DNA from: Fimbriosthenelais zetlandica | Lineage: Eukaryota | Length of the DNA stretch: 64,000 nt | Direction: 5' to 3' | Assembly: GCA_977030845.1 (NCBI GenBank) | Contig: OZ365118.1 | Span: 15,376,001-15,440,000, forward strand | Shown: positions 54,101-64,000 of the stretch, one piece after another | Numbering within the stretch: the first letter of the stretch is position 1 | How the letters are laid out: every line of letters starts with the position of its first letter | The notes under the pieces: model-generated | What the model was told of the DNA's origin: nothing | The model's database searches: none | What the model saw: only the letters and a program-made list of their open reading frames with translations | Program-made: the position numbers and the translations under genes

Positions 54101-57100
54101 ATGGTATTATAGACAAATAGCTCCATATATAGCTAGATCTGCGGAGTTACATAAACGTCCCAGACAATCTAGGCTATAAAGAATGTAAAAGAATGCTAGA
54201 TGATGGAATATGCCATTAGCATGTTGTTTGATCAAATAGTAGGGCCTGCATGCTGTTAGAGTTTGGTATAAGGAGCTAAAACATCTGATCATAAGGCCTC
54301 CACACGCGAGATGAATAAGAGAGGACAGGGCAATATAGGACCGGCCTAGAGGCGTCCTCAACTGTTGTCCTAGCCAAGCTGAAGGCTGTATAAAGGCAGC
54401 GAGTACAAAACTAAAGATAGGATTGTATTCATCTACTTGTTTCTTAAAGATATGGACAATTTCTTATCACTGGGACCCAGTAGTCGATCAATTGCCTGTT
54501 TCCACAAATGGCCCCGCCAATTCCCAAGATAATACCATTTTTCTTTCTTCCGCATTGTTTTCTCCGCCAGCCCTGGCAATGGTTGCAAATTGCAGCTGGA
54601 ATTCTATATTCATTGTACGAGAGAAATGTCTTTTAGCCCAGTGGGGCATCCAATTTTAGAGAACGGATTTCTATCATGTTTTTTGGTGTTCTCAGATTAA
54701 ATTGCGATCTTTTCTACACAGCTTTGCTTTCCCAGGCCTTGTTACAGCTGGTGTCAATGAACTCCAGTGCATACTCTAAAAGAACTGAGAATTTTGAATA
54801 ACAGACAAAACGGTCCAATTTCGCTCAAAAATCCAGTGGAACTACCCCATTAGGGACTATATATTGGAGAGAAAATGATTTATGTAAAGTGGCGGACGAT
54901 CAAGGTGCATGGCTATATGATGGATTAGCGAGGCCTACCATTGTGCCCCTGTTATCTCTCCTAGGTTACCTAAATGGATGTTCAAGCCCTCAAGCCACTA
55001 TATACACGCTCCACCTATATACCCCGCCCTCCATCTCCACCTCCCCCCCATCGCCCCCAACCCCCCAACCCCCTCAGGCGAGCTCCCCAAATCCCTATAA
55101 AAGTATTACACAAATTGAATTTACAGAATTAACACCTTTGGCCCTGGCTAACTTGCCTGGGGTACTTTGACGGGTGTGGTCGGTTGGGACCAGATCGCTC
55201 CTCAGCAAATATGGCCTAAGTGGCCACCTAACAGCAAGAGGTGTAAACTATCGCAGAGGCACTTTGGAAAGTGATGCCACCATGACACGGTCTATGAGTT
55301 TAATGCACCTCAGTGGGCATTAGTCTTAAAATCGAAGGGAAACTGCATTCATATGCATGTCAAAGTGTCCACACGCTAATGGATATCCATGCATTTCTTA
55401 TCAGAATTTTGTCTATGTCTATTTAAATTTTCTATCAGAACTTTATAGTCATGTTCAAAAGCTTGTTCATACACCTGTTTTTCTGTTCTTGTATCAGCTG
55501 GGGACTTTTTTGATGTATTACTATGTTGCTTTCTGTGCAAGAGATATTTCTTATATGCAGGTGGTCTAGGACATTTGTAATACACCCAATTCTTATGCCT
55601 GGAACAGACTGTGAATGTATCTTGATGCTTCCGTTTTTATGTCGTGCAACTTCAGAAGCCAGCAAAGGCTATGTGTATGTGTTCACTTGGTTTCAATAAT
55701 TTCAACGAATTTCATGCTGTCATGGGAATCCTAGATTGTAAAAAACACATGTATATATATCATCCAATCCCCTTGGGTCCCATTGCCTCAGGCCTGGAAT
55801 TATGACCTTCCCTGAAGCTATTTTAAAACAGTCCCCCAATTCTTCAGCATTGAATGTCCACATTTTAGTGGCATATAGTTTCACACATTACCGACTCTAT
55901 GACATAGCAATGTCACGACTTTGAGGTCTCCAATGGTCAGATGTGCATCTATAATTTCACCGCTAATATAGCATTACCTAAAGAATGGCAACCCATGGAA
56001 TCATAGAGCACATTCTGAGCTCTCACATCTCCCTGTATAATACTTACTATACGCTACGCACAAAGTAGAATTTTATTACATACTCATGAAAAAATCTACC
56101 TTTGTAAGTGGGTTTTTTGGAGGGCCATTAAAATGTCGAAGCATTGTTATTAGTGTAGGAGTATTGCCCGGGGGTATGTGATAGATGTTAGGACAGACAG
56201 AACGTGTGACCATTCTGACCCAGGGTTAGTGTGGAGGTGGCCATTCAACACCTGCGCTACAAACGCCATGCTGAGAGCTACAACATTAGCCAGGCCTATT
56301 ATGACAGCAATGGCACCTTGCACGTCTGCTGTGTCATTTAAGACAGGGCCTAAACTCTCACATAGTTGTGGCCAGACCTTATTTTGTTTCATATATAGGA
56401 AACAATTGCGGAAAACACTCACAATTCCTGGTTGCGAACAACTTGCAAAATCTGCTAAGAATGTATATGAAATCGCATTATTCCTTTTGTGTCCAAAGTC
56501 CATTAGCAACCGTCTCAATTATCATTGGATTGGATAAAGGAGGAAATTCGCTGTTGGCACTATGTCCTGATCTTATCAATAGCCCATAGGCCTAATACTT
56601 CTTTGAAGCAGTTTTTCTAAAGTATACAAATGGATTCTGGCTATATTGTAGATCAATGTTTTCTTTATCACAGAATCTATCTAAATTGTCCATCGTGGTA
56701 GTGGATATCCCTTTTTGAATAGATTGTCTGTTCGGCTAGTGTATCTATGGCTTACCAACACAAGCGGAAGTGGGTACAGAGGTGCCGCATCCAGCTCCCT
56801 GCCTTCCCCCATGTCAGCCCCCGTCCTGCCCCCATGTCAGCCCCTCCCATCATCAGGGGTCAGTCATTGACTGGGCCCATCTCTTCCCTCCTCCATTGAC
56901 CCTATAAAGACTATCACCGCTTTTCAACATCGCCCTGGCCCATAGCCTTTTTCACTACAGGGAAAAGGTGTTATTGCCTCAATTTCTACACGCATCTACT
57001 TAATTCTCCCGAGTCCCTTGTTGCAAGTATAGCCCCAGGCTCATTGGTCCACCTTTCAAATAAAGCGCCCACGGCACCACGGATAACCCCAGCCACTTTT

Positions 57101-57162
57101 TTCGCATCCGACGGTCAATAAATTTAGCTGGCATCTCAACACTATCAACCCATAAACATTTA

Positions 57163-57233
57163 CCATTACCCTTCTCAGTGCTGTTAACTGGGATATCAAA
57201 GACCAGCCATGTCTCCCACTGTCTATGGTTAGA
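57163..57233 (+). mobile_element. SINE-like relic (copy 3)
   Basis: High by-eye similarity to 11085-11159. Confidence 0.6.
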
Positions 57234-58329
57234 GGCTTGTAGTCCGAGGAGAGTAGTACATTGTGTTCCGATAGCTTGTTTTCTCTAGTACTGAGATAGA
57301 TGCACAAACAGTATACACACAAACAATCCCACCAACCTCACTCTCCTTCTTCAAGTGGCAAAACCTTTTTTTTCACCACTAAACCTTGGAGTATTCGATA
57401 CCCTATTTTGACAATGAGCCTTCGGATGAAATCTAAAAGGCAGTTAACACAGTCCTCATAGAAATGGCGTATTCCCTCGTCACCCATCTGTCTTTGTTGC
57501 AGATTAAGTTAGCAAGAAAACTAGGGTTACATGCTTTACAGTTGAAACCGCCCGGCACTTGTGCCTGGTACAATCCTCGCTCCGGTGAGAATAGCAAGGT
57601 TTGAAGTGACGGATCCAGCGAACATTAGCCCTTTCACATCCCAATCCCCCGCTGAGTCTTTTTGTATCGGTTGTCAAAGAACATTGCTCGGCGCTTCTTT
57701 TGATCTTTTTCCCACTCCTTGTTCTATTACAGCATTTTGGTATGGTATGGGTTGAGGGCTAACCACTCCCCATCAATCTATCTGTCTACAGCACCCTCCC
57801 TCCCTGCTCGCTTCCCGTTTCAATTCTCCCGCTTATCTATATATCTTTCGCTCCCTTTCCTTTCCTGATCCCTAAATTTCTCCCTCGCTCTCTCCCTTCA
57901 TCATTCCCTCGCTTGTCTCTCTCCCCCTTCCACCCTCTCTTCCCTGCTCTCTCTAGCTCTCTCATTGAAAATTAGAAATATTTTTTTTACGAATCCAGCC
58001 AGGAAATTCACTGACTCTATTACAACTTCCATGGCAACTTTGTTCAAGATACTCTTATGATACACTCCCCCACCCACCCACATCCTAAGAGCAGAGACAA
58101 ACCTCTCACGTATGAAGCACATGTTGTTCCCCTCCCACGTCAACTCCTACATGTAGATACCCATTATTTACGTGCACGTTCTTTATTAGGCCTCCACCTG
58201 TTTGTCGGGGGGAGCCTCCCCCACCAGATGATCGCTTCTTTGATCTGTGTAGGATAATCACGAGCTAATATCCTACCACATGTATACGTCTTATATATTC
58301 ACTCCACATTCTACTTCCTCATTTCCTTC

Positions 58330-58385
58330 CTCTCTCTTTCTCCCTCTCTCTCTCTCTCTCTCTGTCTCTCTCTTTCGCTCTCTCT
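58330..58385. repeat. (CT)n microsatellite
   Basis: CT run with few interruptions. Confidence 0.9.
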
Positions 58386-61300
58386 TTAGGGATAGATCCA
58401 TCCTGGTCCTAAGGGCCTAAGGCAGTTCTTACGATTCCAATTAATAATATATATAAATAATATATATAAATTTATATAAGACCAATTCGTTTTAGAACTT
58501 ATCCTGTTTACGGAAATGATTCTTAAGGCAAGTAATAAGGGCTTACGACTCCCAAGGATCAAGTATTTGGTCCTTAAGAATTCAGTGGGTCGACCACCAA
58601 CTCTTCTGGGTCAAGGAGATGGATTTGTTAAGGAAGGCAACACGACTTCAGAAACAAGTCCTAAGACCTCAAGACTTCTTAACTGGATCTAGTTCCTATA
58701 TTCTGAGACTGGGTCAAGGAGGCTTCAGTACATGATAAGGCAATGACACCACGTAATGCATTCTGGGGGCGGGGTGGGGGTTATGGAATGAGCAGCTCTA
58801 TTTGATGTGAGAGCAGCTCGCCAAGTGGGTTGAGAGACAGTGAGAGGGGAGGCAATGGGGGAAATGGGTCAAAGAAAAGGCTACATGGACGTGATAGGAG
58901 TCTGAGGCAATTATCACGTAAACAGTGATGGTGGGAACAAACAAATACATGCCTCCCTGCCCGCATTCAGCTGGCATGGGGCTTGTGTCATAAAAAAGTA
59001 CCTTTAAGCTTGTGCAAATGTACCTTTAACTGCACTAGCAGGGCTTGGTCTTTGTGAGGGGTGCCTTCATTGTGCTCTATTTTCGAGTGGTGTGGCCGAC
59101 ATGACAGTTGAGGCCATGGAAAATTCAGCCAAATGGACTAACTGGCCGTGACAAAATCGCAACACTCGCAAGGCAAAAGAACCACCTTCCATCGTCTAAG
59201 CATAACTTTTTTTTATTAAACAAACCCCTAGTTACATATGGAAATACACCTGCCAGGAACCCATGCAAGTAGGAAGAGGCAAAGAGACATGCACTGAGAT
59301 CATTATAGTGCGGGTGGGGAGGTTGGGATGGGGGTGGGGAGGTAGGGGTGGGGAGCTGCCTTTCATTTTCTCATTATCTTCAGGAAGGATTTGGGTTATG
59401 TGGAGAGAGAACTTCATACCTTATCATCTTCACGTCACTACACATTTACCGCTACACCGTATTACTTTAATTGCATTTTTTTTCTTAAGCTCACAAACAT
59501 GCTATGGTTTGTTGTACTTTGGAGTAGCACACTAGCTTCCTTGAGTCTTGCACTAGAATAATGTCCATGTAACAGATTGCATGTATTGTTGATTATAACT
59601 TGGATGTGCATGGGAGGTTCTAAAGGATTTAATGAACGCTTTCAATGAGTGCAAAATGAATTGAGGGCAATTTACTATTCCCTCTCACGACCCGTGCATT
59701 TATGAACAAAGCCCAGATAAATTGCTAAGTCATCAGTGTCGAAAGGGTTTATGCACAATATACAAAATCATTTTGTCATATAGGATAAATCTCGGCATCT
59801 CAAAACTATAATCCCAGTATAATTGGTTAATCGATTGATTAATTAAATGTCATTTGGCAGTGTTTTCATTACATTCCATGTTTTGAAGCAGATTGCACTC
59901 AGCACAGTGTTTCAAGTGCAAATGTCCAACCCTTTTCACCCCAAGAAAGATTAAATGTGAACTGTCTGTCTTTTTTTGGAAATGCACTACTCCAATTGAC
60001 CTTTCTGAAGTTTAAATATTCAGATTGAAATGAGAGTCTCAGTATCTGTTTCCAACTCAAAATTATTTTTCCTTGATCCTTGTTGATAATTTCTTGTTCC
60101 TCTTCCCCCTATTCCCTCTGCTCTTTGGCTTCTTGTATTCCCTTTTATCTTATGCCCTTCTACCTTCTCTTCCTACCCATCGTGGGGACCATTTCTGAAA
60201 AGAATGCTGTTTCATTATACTACTAATGTACAAAACAAGCAAAATCATCTTTACCTCTCTTCTCCATACTTTTCCTTCCTGACATATCTTCCTTTATTCC
60301 TCCCCTTCCCCTCTCTTCTCTTCCACCACCTCTCCCTCTCAGCCCACCCACCCACCACCATGAGCCCATTTCACACTCAGTGCCTCTCCACACATGGAGC
60401 CTGGCATGTAGATAATTGCTCATCGTTTCCCTCATTACTTATATACCATCTTCATTACTTAATACGCCCGTCATAATACCCACTGTGAGCTCGCCTTAAT
60501 TGTCTTTTGTCTCGGCAAAATATTCTTCATCAAATACAGGTACATTTGAGTGGGCGGATAGCAAATGGTATTATACACGTATAAGTGCAGGGTACTGGGA
60601 ATAAACCCAAGTAGTATCTAATCGAACATTGCATTAGTGAATATTCGCAGGTATAATTCGCTATAATATTCGCTAGATATATTGCACACTTCTTACAAAT
60701 TTTGAATAATATTGAACAATATATTATGTTCTTCAGGCACAGGCCCGATTCAGAAGAAATTGCGCTTCGTTATAACTCAAATATTCTAATTCTATTAGAA
60801 GCGAATAGACCCTATGATTCTTCATTTTACTCCCTTAACCCCACCTGACTTTTAGAAGTATTTTTTTCTATCTGCTGAAAATAGACTGTACTAAATTCCC
60901 TGATGCAGATCGAGAGCACCTGGTTCACACGTTTTTAATGAACCTTCCTCCCAAAGCGGGTTTAATTACACTTTTGCATGATCCGGGATAGCCATGCAGT
61001 TTATATGAACCAACTTCTACAACTATTTCACATTTATAGTAACACTAATGGAGCACTGGTCGCCCTTCTAAGTATCCATTACAACATTATGGATTTCATT
61101 GAAAAAAATAAAAGGAGGATACATCCTAGGTTGTTTTTAAAAGATATGTACTGTACTGTTGAAAAGATAATTGCTTTCAACACCTTAAAGTAAGACAAGA
61201 CCTTGGTCCGGTTCATGGTGCAATGTTGTTCACTCTATTAGCCAGAGATAATTGTTTACGTAGTGCACTTACTACTTGTGATACAGTACTTATGTGTTTT

Positions 61301-61949
61301 TGCACATATTGCTTTCAATATGGTCCATATATTATTTCTTATTACATTTGCAACATACCTAGGATGTATGGTACATTATCTATTGGTAACTCCCATATTA
61401 TGTGCCCATACTCTATGTGCATTTTTTCATTTTTCACACTTGGAGAACACATTGTTCTTCCATCCATGTATCACACGCTTAAATACCCAAATCACTTTCA
61501 TTGTTCAGTTTCCTGACCAACACTGGTAAATTAACATACAATTGCTTAATAGTTAATAGTAGTATAATAGTAGAGAAAAAGAAAGAACATAATATGTTCT
61601 TTACATATTATGAGAACAGCAATCTCTCAGAAGTTGAGAATGTCCACATTGATCTGAGCGTTTTGTTGTATTCTATCATGAGCGACATTACAACCAATGG
61701 CACACATTGGTAGCAAATAACGTATGCGTGTCGCGTGCACGTAGTCAGCTTAGGACCAGGCAGTAATCCCACGTGTGGTATCCACTAGAATATTGGCGGA
61801 ATAATTGCTATTAGGTGAAGGTCATGAAAGAGTGAGCAGCTCCTAACGGCAGTGGCAGACATAGCTCACTAACTGCTCACTGCTCACTGATGGCAGCTGT
61901 ACACGCCACAACATAGAGAAATGGTAGATGAGGACGGCTCCCAATGTCC

Positions 61950-62119
61950 CCACACAACAATACACAAACAATGGTGGAGGCCTCCAAACATAACCACACA
62001 ACAATACACAAACAATGGTGGAGGCCTCCAAACATAACCACACAACAATACACAAACAATGGTGGAGGCCTCCAAACATAACCACACAACAATACACAAA
62101 CAATGGTGGAGGCCTCCAA
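61950..62119. repeat. 44-bp minisatellite, ~3.9 identical copies
   Basis: Unit CCACACAACAATACACAAACAATGGTGGAGGCCTCCAAACATAA starts at 61950, 61994, 62038 and 62082 (partial). Confidence 0.95.
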
Positions 62120-62139
62120 CTATACTAATTCTTCTCACG

Positions 62140-62650
62140 CTGATATTTGTTGTTGCTATTGTTGTTGTTGGTAGTGGTGCTGTTGTTGTGTTTTTGTTGA
62201 TCTTGCTCTTGTTGCTCTTGCTCATGTTCATGTTGCAATGCCCTTGTTGCTTTTTTGCTCTTGCTGTTCTTGGTCTTGTTGCTGTTCTTGCTCTTGCTGT
62301 TCTTGCTCTTGCTGTTCTTGGTCTTGTTGTTCTTGCTTTTCGTCCTATTGCTCTTCCTTCTCTTCTTGATCTTCCCTTCCTCTTTCCTCTTTTGCTCTCA
62401 TCGTTGCTCCTCTTGCTCTTATTTCCCTCGCTCTTTTTACTGTTGCTTTTCTTGCTCTTGCTCTAAAACTTTTAGTTGCTGTTGCCTTTCTTTCTCATGA
62501 TCTTGTATACATAGTTGTTCTTCCTTATCTTCTTGCTTTCTCTTCCTTGTCTTGTCTTGTTCTTGCTCTCTCTTCCTTGTCTTGTTCTTGCTCTCTCTTC
62601 CTTGCTCTTGCTCTTGCTCTTGCTCTCTCTTGTTGCCTCCTTCTCCTCCT
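62140..62650. repeat. Degenerate simple repeat region (TTG)n / (CTTGCT)n / (CTTGTT)n
   Basis: Directly visible. The overlapping Leu-rich and Glu/Gln-rich ORFs follow from the repeat. Confidence 0.9.
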
Positions 62651-64000
62651 TGTTCACACTTTGCAGCTGGCATGTATTCGTGACATTTTATGAATCCCCA
62701 AAGATCTTTCAATCAACTGCCTGACATTTGTTTTTTGATAACTTCCTGATTTTCACATGAGTTTTATACCCTTGCCCCAAATTTCCAGTTCCCAGCGATC
62801 ATTCAGTCAACTGAATGACATGTAAAAACTAAATTCTCACAATTTTTCTTTCCTTGACCCAAATTCTCAGTGAATTGAGAAAGACCAGAATTCAAATATG
62901 CCAGGGATAATACTTTCAAAAAGTTCTATACACGTCTCTAAAAATACTGCCCTTAAAACATGTTCATGAAATTCCTCAGACGTTTTTCAACTGCCTGAAT
63001 TTCATCTGATAAACACTGAGCCAAAAAAGTGATTTGATGCTTTGGATTATTATTGCATAGGTATTTTTTTTCATATTCCATATATATATCGGACTTGTTG
63101 ACAAATGTATGGCCCCACTTTATATAGATGACATCGGTTTTTCCCACTATAGTATGACCTGGCCTATAATGATCCAATAACCCATCTCCATGTTAAGTCA
63201 CCATATAGCGGTGGGTAGTTAGAGTAGAGATATTGGTGCTATGATCTATATACCATGGCGGTGTGTGCATACAATCAATAACGGGAGTGGCCGTAATTGC
63301 CGGCAGTCTAACGGCAATCATCATTCATCTTCCCCGTGAGGAGATGACTTGTGAAAATTACAAACAACAAAGTGTCAGTAATAGGGGCTGAGTGCTGGTG
63401 TAGGGGGTAATTGTCTGCTGAACGTGCTAGATCTACTTAATACATGAGGTCTTAAGAGCATACGGCAGTCTAAAGTGGTCCTTACGAGTAGATGGAGGAC
63501 CTTGGACGAAGCTTCTGTCTGTGGTGGTTCGTTGCTGCTTAAGACACTCTTAGGATTTGTTTGAAGAGCTGTCTTATGTCCATAAGAGTCTACCATGTAA
63601 CAGAACCATTGCTGCAGTTTTATAATCTCTTGGACTAGTTATTGTGGGAGTGTTTCGTCTGCTAAATCAAGACTCTTATTTTCCAATATTTGGAAGGCCA
63701 CAATGGTCTCCTTAATTTTACCATCTCAGATCTGCATTTGTGGTATTTTGTGCATCCCATTTACCAATGGTAAATTCACAAATAGTTTTGTAGAAGCACT
63801 GGAAAGTGGGCATTTTCCAGATATAATAATCTCGTGAATCTGTTGTCTGCATGGACCATAGTTTTACACTTTCAGACCGGCTCATTTTTAACTCTCACAC
63901 TCTCCTCTAGAAATTCCTCAACGTGTCATATCAATTATGCAGGCGAGGAATGGATTTTGAAGGAAGCCCTGCGCCAGGCGTGGAAGCGATGATTAAAGGG

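Noticed and set aside
42270-59360. G-quadruplex-capable G runs (e.g. ~42280, ~44455, ~59315)
   Set aside because: Common in this genome's low-complexity background; no positional link to a feature.
61950-62119. CRISPR-like array (palindromic repeats)
   Set aside because: Units are identical with no unique spacers; eukaryotic context; no cas genes.
62059-62724. Leu-rich and Glu/Gln/Lys-rich ORFs
   Set aside because: Direct translations of simple hexamer and trimer repeats.

Overview
Animal genomic DNA, probably a lophotrochozoan invertebrate (inferred from the protocadherin type, the tRNA-His PBS and the SINE relics). (1) At 4953-7784 on the - strand is the large coding exon of a 7-repeat protocadherin (signal peptide, 7 cadherin repeats, TM helix, start of the cytoplasmic tail), ending at a GTGAGT donor; its downstream exons could not be identified. 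(2) At 20332-31238 on the + strand is a young Ty3/Gypsy LTR retrotransposon with three uninterrupted ORFs, an ATAT target-site duplication, TGTA...TACA ends, a tRNA-His PBS, gag, and pol (PR-RT-RH-IN) in the -1 frame. It is the most unusual object in the window. Its env position holds a non-env ORF3 (RS-rich N-terminus, two C2H2 zinc fingers, NLS-like motif, coiled coil), preceded by a promoter-like motif cluster. Its LTR carries about 11 consecutive hairpins, four with TGC loops. Its 3' LTR lacks the first 549 nt of the 5' LTR and any PPT, and is fused in frame to ORF3. (3) The remaining ~50 kb shows no convincing coding sequence: microsatellites, purine tracts, CWG-flanked MITE relics, SINE relics, a foldback, a 44-bp minisatellite, one 135-N gap and some candidate cis-regulatory clusters. 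All alignments, folds and family assignments were made by eye; no search was run.
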